Shown piece by piece: positions 30,314 to 40,760 of a stretch of 44,749 nucleotides of DNA. Within the stretch, counting starts at the first letter, position 1; each line of letters begins with the position of its first letter. This DNA is from Clostridia bacterium (GTDB lineage: Bacteria; Bacillota; Clostridia; Oscillospirales; CAG-272). The translations under genes and the position numbers were made by a program. The notes under the pieces are model-generated. The model saw only the letters and a list, made by a program, of their open reading frames with translations, was not told where the DNA came from and made no database searches. The stretch spans positions 1-44,749 of the forward strand of contig JAFTOT010000095.1 of NCBI GenBank assembly GCA_017463665.1, written 5' to 3'.

Positions 30314-32257
30314 TTATAACCGCATGTCGCTTAACTCATTCGTCGGGGGCAGGCAGGATTGGTTATGGCAGACGTAGTAGGTGGTTTGGTCGTTTAAGCG
30401 TTTGTAGGTGTCTGTTTCCTCGGGCAGCACGGTCACATCTGCGTACAGGGGGAGCTGTTCTACGATGGAGTGCATGACTGCGTCCTTGCCGCATACGACG
30501 GTAATTTTCGGCGGGGGATCTTCGGAAAAGAGCAGTGAGAGCAGATACATGCTGTGTCCTACGGGATACTCGGCGGATTCGCGGCGCAGAAATTCTATCT
30601 GCTGTTCTTTGGCATCTTCCCACTCGCCCGATGCATCCAGCTGTGAAAGCCTTGTCAGCACGTACAGCAGCACGGCGTTGCCGCTGGGCAGGGCACCGTC
30701 GTAGGTTTCTTTGGCGGCGAGGATAAGTTCCTCGTTTTCCTTGCCGTTCATCGTATAGCCGCCCGCGGGATCGCGGAACTGTTCCAGCGCGGCGCGGCAA
30801 AGTGTGTTTGCACGATCGAGATATGCCGCTTCGCCTGTGGCGCTGTACAGACTGATGAGTGCTACGCAGTAAAATGCGTAGTCATCGAGGAAGCCTTTTT
30901 CGGAACGCACGCCGTTTCGGTGGCTGACATACAGTTGATCGTTTTCGCAAAGGTGGGTTTCGATACATCCGGCTGCACGGCGGGCGGCACTCAAATAGCA
31001 GGGATCGCCGCTGACGCGGTATACATAGGTCAGCGCCGCGATCATCAAAGCATTCCACGCAGTGAGGATCTTATCATCCAAGTGCAGCTGCATTCGCGCT
31101 TTGCGGTAGGTATACAGCTTTTGCCGCTCCTCGGTGAATGCATCGGCTTCCGCTTCGCCGTGGAGACGGTTCGGGATGTTTTTGCCCGCAAAGTTGCCGT
31201 CTTGTGTGATGCCGAAGTATGCGTTGAACTGCTTTCCTTTTTCCTCGCCCAGTACCGACAGGATCTCGTCATAGCCGAACACATAGTACATGCCTTCGCC
31301 GCCCTCGCTATCGGCATCCTGTGCGGAATAAAAGCCGCCGCACTCGTCGGTCATCTCGCGCAGGACATACGCGGCGCAGTCTTCTGCGGTGCGCAAAAAC
31401 AGTTTGTTCTTGCTTACGGAATACGCCGCAGCGCAGGCCATCATCAAAAGGGCGTTGTCGTACAGCATCTTTTCAAAATGCGGCACCAAAAAGATCGCAT
31501 CCGTAGAATAGCGGGCAAATCCGCCGCCGATGTGGTCGTAGATGCCGCCTTTGCGCATCTGCGTCAGCGTATGCAGCGCCATGTCGATGGCATTTCGGTC
31601 ACCTTTCTGCTTTCCGTACAGCATTAAAAACAGCAAATTATGCGGTGTAGGGAACTTGGGCGCTCTGCCGAAACCGCCGTTTTGTTTGTCGTACATGCGG
31701 GCAAACTGCGAAGCGGCTTTTTGCGGCAAATTTTCTGTCTCGGCGGTTGGTGTTTGCTGCGGCTGATGCAGATAGGAGAGGATCTTATCCGCCGAGCGGA
31801 TGAGGCTGTCCCGATCGGCATGCCATTGCTCCGCGATATGCAGGAGCAGATCATAAAATCCGATCATTCTGCGGCTGCCGCGCGGCGGGAAGTAGGTGCC
31901 CGCGTAAAACGGCTTTCGGTCGGGCGTCAAAAACAAGCTGGTGGGCCAACCACCGCTGCCCGTCATGGCTTGGCATGCGGTCATATACACCTGATCGATA
32001 TCGGGACGCTCCTCGCGGTCTACCTTGATGCAAACGTAATCCCGATTCAGCACCTCTGCGATCTGTTCGTTTTCAAAGCTTTCGTGCGCCATGACATGGC
32101 ACCAGTGGCAGGTGCTGTAGCCGATGCTCAGAAAGATCGGCTTGTCTTCGCGCATGGCTTTGTCAAACGCTTCTTTCCCCCAAGGATACCAGTCTACCGG
32201 GTTTTCGGCATGCTGCAATAAATACGGGCTTGTTTCATACTGCAAACGGTTGGGCAT
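30314..32257 (-). CDS. YyaL / DUF255 thioredoxin-domain protein
   Basis: [52 protein letters not shown]. Confidence 0.93.
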   Translation of the reverse strand: MPNRLQYETSPYLLQHAENPVDWYPWGKEAFDKAMREDKPIFLSIGYSTCHWCHVMAHESFENEQIAEVLNRDYVCIKVDREERPDIDQVYMTACQAMTGSGGWPTSLFLTPDRKPFYAGTYFPPRGSRRMIGFYDLLLHIAEQWHADRDSLIRSADKILSYLHQPQQTPTAETENLPQKAASQFARMYDKQNGGFGRAPKFPTPHNLLFLMLYGKQKGDRNAIDMALHTLTQMRKGGIYDHIGGGFARYSTDAIFLVPHFEKMLYDNALLMMACAAAYSVSKNKLFLRTAEDCAAYVLREMTDECGGFYSAQDADSEGGEGMYYVFGYDEILSVLGEEKGKQFNAYFGITQDGNFAGKNIPNRLHGEAEADAFTEERQKLYTYRKARMQLHLDDKILTAWNALMIAALTYVYRVSGDPCYLSAARRAAGCIETHLCENDQLYVSHRNGVRSEKGFLDDYAFYCVALISLYSATGEAAYLDRANTLCRAALEQFRDPAGGYTMNGKENEELILAAKETYDGALPSGNAVLLYVLTRLSQLDASGEWEDAKEQQIEFLRRESAEYPVGHSMYLLSLLFSEDPPPKITVVCGKDAVMHSIVEQLPLYADVTVLPEETDTYKRLNDQTTYYVCHNQSCLPPTNELSDMRL

Positions 32258-32351
32258 AAGTTACCTCCTGTGTTTTAGCATAGTATTTCCGATTTTCGGG
32301 AGGATATGTCGGGGGAATGTATGATATAGCTTTAAATTTTGAAAATTTTTC

Positions 32352-32380
32352 TTGACATCTGCCCATGAAATGTGTATACT
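32352..32380 (+). promoter_or_regulatory. sigma-A promoter upstream of the riboswitch
   Basis: TTGACA-17 bp-TATACT with extended -10 TG. Confidence 0.8.
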
Positions 32381-32399
32381 GTATATATTAAGAGATAAT

Positions 32400-32490
32400 A
32401 CAGCATTTAAGCAAACCTGCCGAAAGACAGGGACGCAAAGCCACGGTGTCTAACCGATTTTATTCGTACGTTCGACCGGTTGCAACTTTT
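32400..32490 (+). ncRNA. GEMM-I (c-di-GMP-I) riboswitch, A20 variant
   Basis: GCAAACCTGCC-GAAA-GACAGGGACGCAAAGCC...TCTAA...CCGGTTGC matches the GEMM-I P2/GNRA/P3 pattern; P1 pairing is not clear by eye. Confidence 0.85.
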
Positions 32491-32522
32491 TTCGAAGTGT
32501 TGCAGCCGGTTTTTCTTTTTTT
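32475..32522 (+). terminator. Riboswitch expression-platform terminator
   Basis: ACCGGTTGCAAC...GTTGCAGCCGGT followed by TTTTCTTTTTTT; the 5' arm overlaps the aptamer 3' strand. Confidence 0.85.
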
Positions 32523-32540
32523 CGCATGGGAGGTGAAGCG

Positions 32541-33236
32541 ATGCATACGGTCTTGCGAGAAGAAAAGAAGTTTTTGATCGGCATACATGAATTTATTTCC
32601 AAGAGCCATCAGCTCCGGCAGGTACTTTTGCAGGATGAACACAACGGAACGCACGGGTATATGATACGGTCGCTGTATTTTGATACGCCTTTTGACAGAG
32701 ACTTTTTTGAAAAGCAGGCGGGAACGGAAGTGCGAAGAAAGATCCGTCTTCGCATCTACGATCCGAAACAGGATTTTGCCATGCTGGAGATGAAGCAGAA
32801 GCAGGGGACGCAGCAGTTGAAGCGCTCGCTTCGAGTATCCCGCGCCGATGCGGAAAAATTGATCCGCTGCGACTTTTCGCCGCTGCTGATGTACAGGGAG
32901 CCTTTCGCTGCGGAGATGTACGGCTTTTTGCAGATGCACTGCTATCGGCCGAAAACCATCGTGCAGTACACCCGAAAAGCCTTTATTGCAAAAGAGAACA
33001 AAATACGCATTACGTTCGATCACCGCATCGTCGCCACCGAAAGCTCATTTGATCTGTTCTCGGAAAACTTGAATATGGATCCGATTTTGGATCCGTACGA
33101 TGTGGTTATGGAAGTCAAGTTCAACGGCTTTTTGCTGTCGTATGTGCAGCAGATAATCAACAGCATCGACAAAAGCGAGCTGTCGGTCAGCAAATACGCA
33201 CTTGCCCGCCAAAACGCGTATCAGACACATATTTAA
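32541..33236 (+). CDS. VTC-domain (polyphosphate polymerase-like, CYTH/TTM fold) protein
   Basis: R.E.KF, IRSLYFDT, R.KIRLRIY, LEMK.K, Y.R.A, RITFD, MEVKF, SKY. Confidence 0.88.
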   Translation: MHTVLREEKKFLIGIHEFISKSHQLRQVLLQDEHNGTHGYMIRSLYFDTPFDRDFFEKQAGTEVRRKIRLRIYDPKQDFAMLEMKQKQGTQQLKRSLRVSRADAEKLIRCDFSPLLMYREPFAAEMYGFLQMHCYRPKTIVQYTRKAFIAKENKIRITFDHRIVATESSFDLFSENLNMDPILDPYDVVMEVKFNGFLLSYVQQIINSIDKSELSVSKYALARQNAYQTHI

Positions 33237-33247
33237 GGAGAAGTTTT

Positions 33248-33925
33248 ATGAAAGACAAACTGTTTAGTTTATTGGAGAGCGGCGGCGAGCTGCCTTTGCA
33301 GGAGGTCACTGCCAATATCCTCATGGCGGCGGTACTCGGCTTTTTGATCTTTGTGTCCTATTCTATATCGCATCGCGGCACGATCTACAGCAAAAAATTC
33401 AATGCATCTCTGGTGGTGCTGACCGTGCTGACAGGGACGGTCATGACTGTCATCGGCAATAACATTGCGCTCTCGCTCGGTATGGTTGGTGCGCTGTCCA
33501 TCGTTCGTTTCCGTACGGCGATCAAAGACAGCCGCGACACCGTGTATATTTTCTGGACGGTCATTGTCGGCATCTGCTGCGGCGTGGGCGACTATACCGT
33601 TGCGGCGATCGGCAGTGTCGCCACCTTCGTTGTTCTGCTTCTTTTGGGATGTATCAAAAATGACAATCGGATGCTGCTGATCATCCGCGCCTCGCGCAAT
33701 CGGCAGGCGGTGATCCAAGCGCATATTTTCAAGCTGTTTCAGCGTAAAGCGATCCTCAGAGTGCGCAACACGACGGATCAGACCGTGGAATTTATCTATG
33801 AGATCACCTCGAAGCAGTTAAGGCGCGCGGAAAGTGTAAACACGGATCTTGTGGATTCGATCTATGCGATCGGCGGCGTGGAGTATGTGAACATCGTGAT
33901 GCAAAACGACGAGGTATCAGGCTGA
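33248..33925 (+). CDS. DUF4956 membrane protein
   Basis: IG.NIALSLGMVGALSIVRFRTAIKD.RD..YIFW signature; TMs plus soluble C-terminal domain. Confidence 0.88.
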   Translation: MKDKLFSLLESGGELPLQEVTANILMAAVLGFLIFVSYSISHRGTIYSKKFNASLVVLTVLTGTVMTVIGNNIALSLGMVGALSIVRFRTAIKDSRDTVYIFWTVIVGICCGVGDYTVAAIGSVATFVVLLLLGCIKNDNRMLLIIRASRNRQAVIQAHIFKLFQRKAILRVRNTTDQTVEFIYEITSKQLRRAESVNTDLVDSIYAIGGVEYVNIVMQNDEVSG

Positions 33926-33968
33926 ATGCATGCGTGATCATTTTTAAACGAAGAAGGGAGCGGTAGTG

Positions 33969-35447
33969 ATGCGAAAAACAATCCTCGGCTGTATTGCCTG
34001 TGTGCTGGCACTGGCGATCACCTTCATCACCGCAGCCGTACGATCGGATACAAACGACCGCTTCCATCAGCACATGGATGCAGAACCCAAGACGGCATGT
34101 ACGCACGGGGACGATCGCTTCTGCACGCATTTGCCGCTGGTGCAGATCGATACGGGCGGCGAAGACATTCCCGGAGTCCCCATACCCGACGCAGATGGGC
34201 GCCAGATCGGCTTTACAACGACCGAAAGCGGCGAGACCGAGCTGCTCTGCAATATCAAAATTACCGATAACCCGAGTGAAAACAATCATATCGGCGATAC
34301 CCCTGCCGTAGACAGCGCCGCGCGGGTGCGTGTCCACGGTAACTCCTCCCGCTTTTTTGACAAGCATAATTACAGTGTCACGTTCGTGACAGAAAGCGGT
34401 GAGAACAACCCGCTTTCGGTCATGGGCATGGATGCGCACCACGAATGGGTGCTGCACGGACCGTTTTTGGATAAGACGCTGCTCCGCAATTATCTGTGCT
34501 GCAATATCGCGGGCGAGATCATGGATTGGGCACCGAACGTCCGCTTTTGTGAGGTTATATTGAGCGGAGAATACAATGGACTCTATCTGATGACCGAGAG
34601 CATCACCGCCGGTCAGGACGGTGCCAGACTCAATATGACGGTCGATAAAAAAGACAACTCTTTTTCGGGCTACATTCTCCGTCTGGATCGCGGCAGTGCA
34701 AATGCGCTCAAAAATATCGAACCCTTTTCGCTGTATTCCGACCGCATTGCAAACGGTCATATCAATATCGTGTACCCCGGTGCGGCAAATCTGACCGAAG
34801 AGCTGCGCGAAAGCATACGGCAGGATTTTTCCGACTTTGAGCACATGCTGTATTCTTTCGACTTTGACCACAGCGAATACGGATACTCGCAGGCGATCGA
34901 TGTCGATTCCTTTATAAACTACTTTTTGCTCAACGAATTCACCTGCAATTACGACGCGGGCACGTATTCTACCTATATCTACAAAGGCATCGACGGCAAA
35001 TACCGCATGTGCGTGTGGGATTTCAACAACGCCTTTGACAATTATCAGGAGCAGCGGACAGATGCCGAGATGTTTACGCTGCAGGAGTGCCTTTGGTACT
35101 ACATGCTCATCAAGGATGACGATTTCACCGATACGCTGATCGATCGGTACTATGCGCTGCGGCAGACCTATTTCAGTGAAGAATATCTGGATACGTATAT
35201 AGATGATACGATCGCATACCTCGGCGACGCCATCGACCGCAACTTTGAAAAGTGGGGCTATACATTCGAGTCGGACGAAGGGCTGTTAAGTCCGCATTCC
35301 CGCAATCCGCACAGCTATGCAGAAGCGGTGGAACAGCTCAAAGCATTTATTGCAAAGCGCGGCGGCTGGATGGATGAAAACATCGAGGCGCTGCGGCAGT
35401 ATTCGGCAAATTCCAAGACCAAGCTGTATAAGGAACATACCAAATAA
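33969..35447 (+). CDS. CotH kinase family protein (secreted or membrane-anchored)
   Basis: N-terminal hydrophobic leader; HGNSS...K..Y, W.L.....DKTLLRN, Y.GLY.M.E.I, N.D....S.Y.YK, WDFNNAF. Confidence 0.88.
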   Translation: MRKTILGCIACVLALAITFITAAVRSDTNDRFHQHMDAEPKTACTHGDDRFCTHLPLVQIDTGGEDIPGVPIPDADGRQIGFTTTESGETELLCNIKITDNPSENNHIGDTPAVDSAARVRVHGNSSRFFDKHNYSVTFVTESGENNPLSVMGMDAHHEWVLHGPFLDKTLLRNYLCCNIAGEIMDWAPNVRFCEVILSGEYNGLYLMTESITAGQDGARLNMTVDKKDNSFSGYILRLDRGSANALKNIEPFSLYSDRIANGHINIVYPGAANLTEELRESIRQDFSDFEHMLYSFDFDHSEYGYSQAIDVDSFINYFLLNEFTCNYDAGTYSTYIYKGIDGKYRMCVWDFNNAFDNYQEQRTDAEMFTLQECLWYYMLIKDDDFTDTLIDRYYALRQTYFSEEYLDTYIDDTIAYLGDAIDRNFEKWGYTFESDEGLLSPHSRNPHSYAEAVEQLKAFIAKRGGWMDENIEALRQYSANSKTKLYKEHTK

Positions 35448-35460
35448 GGAGAAAAAGGAT

Positions 35461-37638
35461 ATGAAAAAGTTTATCATCATCGTGTCCTGTGTGGTGTGCC
35501 TTGTGCTGCTGTTTCACTATTTATACTATTATCAAGGCTGCTATATTGATTTTTCGCCCAATACGGCTGTCACCACCTTTGTGCGCACGGAGAATGACAA
35601 GATCTATCTGGATCGGGGCGACGGATATCGGGAATTTGAGATCAAAGGTGTGGACCTCGGCTCGGGTGTTCCCGGCAAGTGGTCTACGGACTTTGCGGCG
35701 AGCAAGGAAGATTACCTGCGCTGGTTTGCGCTGATCCGGGAGATGGGCGCAAACACGATCCGCGTATATACCATCCACGATGATGCGTTTTACGATGCCT
35801 TTTATGCGTACAACATCGACAATCCCGAACCGCTGTATCTGCTGCACGGTGTATGGGTGAACGACTATCTGTATAATTCCCGCAAGGATGCTTTTGACGA
35901 TGAGCTGCTCGGCAATTTCGTCCGCGATTGCAAGAGGATGGTCGATGTCATTCACGGCAATCGGAAGATCCCGCACGGAAGCTTGGAATCTGCGGGCTCG
36001 GGTACCTATACCAAGGACATTTCACAGTGGGTGATCGGCTATATTCTGGGCGTAGAATGGGAAGATGTCATGGTGGTGTATACCAACGAAAAATTTAAGA
36101 ATAACGATGCCTACCATCGCTATTACGGAAAATATATGTACACCACCGAGGATGCAACCCCGTTTGAAGCGATGCTGGCGCGTGTCGGGGATTCGATCAT
36201 CGAATATGAGTCCGAGCGATACAAGGTGCAAAAGCTGGTCGCGTTTTCCAACTGGCCCATCACCGATCCGTTTACATATCCGGACTATCTGACCGACTTT
36301 TTCCATAAATGTGCGCGTGTGGATGTGGAGCATATCGGCTGTACAGAGGCGTTTTTGTCCGGACAGTTTGCCTCGTATCATATCTACCCGTACTACAGAG
36401 ATTATCTCGCCTATGTAACCGACTTTTCCGCGCTGGATTTCGATGTGGATGTTGCCGCTTGCCTCGAGGACGGCGTCCTCAATACCTATAAGCTGTATTT
36501 GAAGGCGATCGCCGACCACCACCGGATGCCGGTCATCATTTCGGAATTCGGTATTCCAACGGGGCGCGGCATTGCCCATGTGGACGTCAATACGGGAAGA
36601 GATCAGGGGCATATGTCGGAGACCGAACAGGGAAAAGCGCTCGTCGAATGCTATAATGACATTATGGAAGCGGGGTGCGCGGGAAGCTGTTTGTTTTCCT
36701 GGCAGGACGAGTGGTTCAAGCGAACATGGAACACGAACTACGCGGTGGATCTTGCAAGAACGCCGTATTGGTCGGATATGCAGACCAATGAGCAGTATTT
36801 CGGTCTGCTTGCCTTCGATCCGGGAGAAGAGACCTCTGTTTGCTATGTAGACGGCAATGTTTCGGAATGGGGAGAAGAGGACATTGTTGCGCAGAGCAGG
36901 GACATGTCGCTGTCGATGCAATACGATGAAGCGGCGGTATATTTTCTGATCCGAAAAGAGGATCTGGATTTTGAAAATGAAACGCTGTATATTCCCGTGG
37001 ACGTAACCCCGAAAAGCGGCAGCAGTTATTGCGAGAACTATGGCTTGCTGTTTGACCGTGCGGCGGATTTTGTGATCGTCATCGACGGCAAAAGCAACAG
37101 CCGCATTCTGGTACAGGAACGCTACGAGGTCCTTCGCGCCAACTATGCGCAGTCGGTTTACGGATTTGACACCTATGTAAAGGGAAATATCCCCGATGTG
37201 GATTCTCCGAAGTTCGTGGATGTCGATATGATCCTGCAACTGACACAGCTGCAAAACGGAGCAAAGGTAGCACTTGCCGAGGTGTTCCCGACGGGACGCC
37301 TGACATACGGAAATGCCGATCCGGACAGCGAGGACTATACCTCTCTGGCGGATTTCATTTGCAGCGGAGATCATGTGGAGATCCGCATTCCCTGGGCGCT
37401 GCTCAATTTCTCCGACCCCTCGCACATGCAGATCCACGACGACTATTACGACGGTAACTACGGTATCGAGGCGATCACCGTTGACAGCATCTATGTCGGC
37501 ATTGCTTCCGATATTGCCGCAGGGCGCATCCATCTTGCGGAAAAGAAAATGCAGGGATGGGGAAACGATGTGACCTACCATGAGCGGCTGAAACCTGCTT
37601 ATTATGTAATGAAAGGCATTTGGGGGAACGACGAATGA
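35461..37638 (+). CDS. Membrane-anchored GH-A clan TIM-barrel glycoside hydrolase-like protein
   Basis: N-terminal TM; IKGV, MGANTIRVY, GYILGVEW (acid/base), SYHIYPY, PVIISEFG (nucleophile), FSWQDEW. Confidence 0.75.
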   Translation: MKKFIIIVSCVVCLVLLFHYLYYYQGCYIDFSPNTAVTTFVRTENDKIYLDRGDGYREFEIKGVDLGSGVPGKWSTDFAASKEDYLRWFALIREMGANTIRVYTIHDDAFYDAFYAYNIDNPEPLYLLHGVWVNDYLYNSRKDAFDDELLGNFVRDCKRMVDVIHGNRKIPHGSLESAGSGTYTKDISQWVIGYILGVEWEDVMVVYTNEKFKNNDAYHRYYGKYMYTTEDATPFEAMLARVGDSIIEYESERYKVQKLVAFSNWPITDPFTYPDYLTDFFHKCARVDVEHIGCTEAFLSGQFASYHIYPYYRDYLAYVTDFSALDFDVDVAACLEDGVLNTYKLYLKAIADHHRMPVIISEFGIPTGRGIAHVDVNTGRDQGHMSETEQGKALVECYNDIMEAGCAGSCLFSWQDEWFKRTWNTNYAVDLARTPYWSDMQTNEQYFGLLAFDPGEETSVCYVDGNVSEWGEEDIVAQSRDMSLSMQYDEAAVYFLIRKEDLDFENETLYIPVDVTPKSGSSYCENYGLLFDRAADFVIVIDGKSNSRILVQERYEVLRANYAQSVYGFDTYVKGNIPDVDSPKFVDVDMILQLTQLQNGAKVALAEVFPTGRLTYGNADPDSEDYTSLADFICSGDHVEIRIPWALLNFSDPSHMQIHDDYYDGNYGIEAITVDSIYVGIASDIAAGRIHLAEKKMQGWGNDVTYHERLKPAYYVMKGIWGNDE

Positions 37639-38732
37639 AGGTCGAAATGCTGATTTATGCCTATCTTGCCGTATGTGCGGCAATGATCGTGTTTAATATC
37701 GCATGTATCTTTGTGTTCCGCCATAAGGACAAAAAGCTGGATGATCGCAGCAGTGCCTTTACAGACAAAGTAAGAAAGCAGACAGCTACGGATGAGATTA
37801 CCGAGGCGCATCGGAAATATCTTTGCAAAAAGCTGCGGCACGTAAACCATCTGATGGCATTTGACAAAACGCTCGAGGCGCTTTACATAGAAGATCCGCA
37901 AAAGATCAAGGCCTATGTTGAAAAGCTGTCTGCGGTGTTTATTTATCTCACATTTGTTTATCGGAAGAAAAACAAACTGCAGATGGCGTATTTCCCTTAC
38001 ATCATTAAAAAGTATCAGCTTTTCAGGGGATATAACATCAGCATCGTTACCGACGTTATGCTCGATCTGGTGCGCGAGCCCGCTCTGTATTGCCGTGAAA
38101 ATGCGCTGCAAGCACTGTATTCTATCGGAGATGCGGACAGTGTGATCGAGGCGCTGTGCATTTTGGATGTCGGTGCGTACTACCACCATCCGAAGATGAT
38201 CACGGACGGTTTGCTGTCCTTTTGCGGCGACCGCGAAAAGCTTGCCGATAAGCTGTGGGACAAGCTACCCACTTTCTCCGAGCGGATGCAGGTAAGCGTT
38301 TTGGATTATTTCCGCTTTTGCAGCGGAGAATACTGCGAGCCGATCCTGCGCTTGCTTGCGTCGGGCGATCTCGGCGATGAAGCGACGTACAGTTGTATCC
38401 GTTATTTCGGAAAATATGCATACGAGCCTGCCTTGCCGCAGCTTTTACGCTTTGCGGAAATTACGGATGAGAACCGCTGGGAGTATACCGCCATTACCGC
38501 TACGGCTTTGGCGATCTATCCCTGCAGAGAAACGGAAGCTATCCTGCGCTCCATGCTGCACAGCCGCAATTGGTATGTGCGCTTTAATGCGTCCCAAAGT
38601 CTGGAGCGGCAGGGACTGGAGTACACCGATCTGGTGGATATTTTTGAAGGCGACGATCGCTACGCGGGCGAGATCATGCGGTATCGCTTCGATCAAAAGA
38701 AAATGCGCGAAAAGGAGGCGGCTTTCCTGTGA
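37635..38732 (+). CDS. Membrane-anchored HEAT-repeat protein
   Basis: N-terminal TM; helical repeats RENALQAL, ATALA.Y, L...NWYVRFNASQSL; overlaps the GT2 start. Confidence 0.78.
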   Translation: MKVEMLIYAYLAVCAAMIVFNIACIFVFRHKDKKLDDRSSAFTDKVRKQTATDEITEAHRKYLCKKLRHVNHLMAFDKTLEALYIEDPQKIKAYVEKLSAVFIYLTFVYRKKNKLQMAYFPYIIKKYQLFRGYNISIVTDVMLDLVREPALYCRENALQALYSIGDADSVIEALCILDVGAYYHHPKMITDGLLSFCGDREKLADKLWDKLPTFSERMQVSVLDYFRFCSGEYCEPILRLLASGDLGDEATYSCIRYFGKYAYEPALPQLLRFAEITDENRWEYTAITATALAIYPCRETEAILRSMLHSRNWYVRFNASQSLERQGLEYTDLVDIFEGDDRYAGEIMRYRFDQKKMREKEAAFL

Positions 38733-40144
38733 GAGGAGAGATCTTCCGCCTTGTGCAGTCGGTTCTGGACGGCATCGACATCTTTTTTGTGATCTACATG
38801 ATCGGCTACTCCTCCTTTTTGTTCCTCGCTGTGGTGATCGGTTCCTCGGAGCTGTATAAAAAGCGGCAGCAGGAAAAACTCAAGAACACGCTTTTGCAGG
38901 ATTATTATATACCGATCAGCATTATCGTTCCGGCATACAACGAGGAAGTAACGGTGGTCGAAACCGTACGATCGCTGCTGGCGCTGGAGTACACGCTTTA
39001 CGAGATCATCGTTGTGGATGACGGCTCCACGGACACCACTTCGCAAAAACTGATCGAAGCCTTTCATATGCACCCGATCCGCCGTCCCATTCATCGAAAG
39101 ATCAGCTGCCTGCCCGAAGAATTTGTGTACGAGACCGCGGCGCAAAAAGTATCGCTGACGCTCATCCGCAAGAAAAACGGCGGCAAAGCCGATTCCCTGA
39201 ACATGGGCATCAACGCCTGTCGGTATCCGTATTTTATTTGCATGGATGCCGATTCCGTACTGCAACATGACTCGCTTAGCAAGATCGTGCGCCCGATCAT
39301 CGAGTGCAAAAATGTTGTTGCGGTCGGCGGTGTGATCCGCCCCGGCAACAGTGTAGAGCTGGAATGGGGACATGTGGTAAAGTATCGGCTGCCGAGAAAC
39401 ATTCTTGCCTGCATGCAGGTGCTGGAATACGACCGATCGTTTTTGGCTTCCCGCATCCTGTTTGACAAATTCAACGGTTCGTTGATCATTTCCGGCGCGT
39501 TCGGTCTGTTCAAAAAGGATGTTGTCATTGCGGCGGGCGGATACGATCGTTCGACGATGGGCGAGGACATGGAGCTGGTCGTGAAGCTGCATGAATACTG
39601 TGTGGCAAACGATATGCCCTATACGATCAAATATGCTACGGATGCCATCTGCTGGTCACAGGCGCCCGAAAGACTGCGGGATCTCTGCAAGCAAAGAAGG
39701 CGGTGGCATTTAGGCTTGTTTCAGAGCCTGTGGAAGCATAAAGTGCTGCTTGCCAATCCGAGATTCGGCGCGGTCAGCTTTATCTCCTACTTCTATTTCC
39801 TGCTGTATGAATTATTGTCACCGTTTATTGAGATCTTGGGTATCGCCTCTATGATGGCGGCTTTTTCGCTGGATCTGATCGACGTTCCGTTTACGGCGTT
39901 GTTCTTTTTGATCTATGCGGTGTTTGGATGTGCACTTACCCTTACGGCGTTTTTTGCCCGTATACAGACGATCGATCTGAAGATATCGTTTATGGATGCG
40001 CTCAAGGCTGTGGTGTTGTGCTTCTTTGAGATCTGCGTTCTGCGATTGATTATGGCGTTTGTACGGGCGACTGCCTTTATCGGCTACAAGAAGAAAAAGC
40101 TGGATTGGGGACATATCGAGCGTAAAAAAATCAATATCCAATAG
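38729..40144 (+). CDS. Processive GT2 glycosyltransferase (beta-glycan synthase-like)
   Basis: IIVPAYNEE, VDDGS, NGGKADSLN, DADS, GED, QRRRW; one N-terminal and about three C-terminal TMs. Confidence 0.92.
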   Translation: MRGEIFRLVQSVLDGIDIFFVIYMIGYSSFLFLAVVIGSSELYKKRQQEKLKNTLLQDYYIPISIIVPAYNEEVTVVETVRSLLALEYTLYEIIVVDDGSTDTTSQKLIEAFHMHPIRRPIHRKISCLPEEFVYETAAQKVSLTLIRKKNGGKADSLNMGINACRYPYFICMDADSVLQHDSLSKIVRPIIECKNVVAVGGVIRPGNSVELEWGHVVKYRLPRNILACMQVLEYDRSFLASRILFDKFNGSLIISGAFGLFKKDVVIAAGGYDRSTMGEDMELVVKLHEYCVANDMPYTIKYATDAICWSQAPERLRDLCKQRRRWHLGLFQSLWKHKVLLANPRFGAVSFISYFYFLLYELLSPFIEILGIASMMAAFSLDLIDVPFTALFFLIYAVFGCALTLTAFFARIQTIDLKISFMDALKAVVLCFFEICVLRLIMAFVRATAFIGYKKKKLDWGHIERKKINIQ

Positions 40145-40306
40145 AAGATAGCGTGAAAGTTTAATTTGCAATATGTTTTGTATGGATGATTTCACGCCTA
40201 ACTCCTCGCAAAATGGGACCCGAACCCATTTTACCGCACAAAGTGCGGTGCCGAGGATTTCATTTTACGATTTGTGCCGCCGCTTGGCGGCGGAATGGAG
40301 ATTACC

Positions 40307-40756
40307 ATGAAGAACTGTTTGTTGAAAAACGCGCTGTTCGGCTATTCCAAATTGAGTGTTTGCGAATATATCGCTTCTGTGAACGAGGAGTTCAGCCAAA
40401 AGCTTTTGCAGGAGGCAGCGGAATATAAAAAAGACAAAGAGGAATTGAAAGCGAAGATCGCCGCGCTCGAAGAAGAGCTTGTGCAGTACAGAAAGGCGCA
40501 CAGCGATGTGGCGACGGTCCTCTTCGAGGCGCAGCAGTATGCGGACATCTTAAAGCGGCAGGCAGAAGCGGAGAACAACCGTGTATGTGCCGAACTTGCA
40601 GAGCAGCATAAGGCGCAGACCGAAAAGCTCACGGCGTATGCTGCCGCGATCGCCGAATTGCGCGAAAATCTAAAGGCGTTTGTCGAGGAGACGGACGAGA
40701 AGCTTTTGGTCTATATGCAGCGCGGTAGTGAGATCGTCGAAGCATTCAAGGAGTAA
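40307..40756 (+). CDS. DivIVA-like coiled-coil protein
   Basis: LK.ALFGYSK..V.EYI N-terminal motif, then coiled coil with L.EAQ..AD....QAE; GGAG RBS. Confidence 0.65.
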   Translation: MKNCLLKNALFGYSKLSVCEYIASVNEEFSQKLLQEAAEYKKDKEELKAKIAALEEELVQYRKAHSDVATVLFEAQQYADILKRQAEAENNRVCAELAEQHKAQTEKLTAYAAAIAELRENLKAFVEETDEKLLVYMQRGSEIVEAFKE

Positions 40757-40760
40757 GTTT

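Noticed and set aside
30055-30477. 140-aa ORF across repeat copy C
   Set aside because: It is a translation of palindromic repeat DNA that runs antisense into yyaL.
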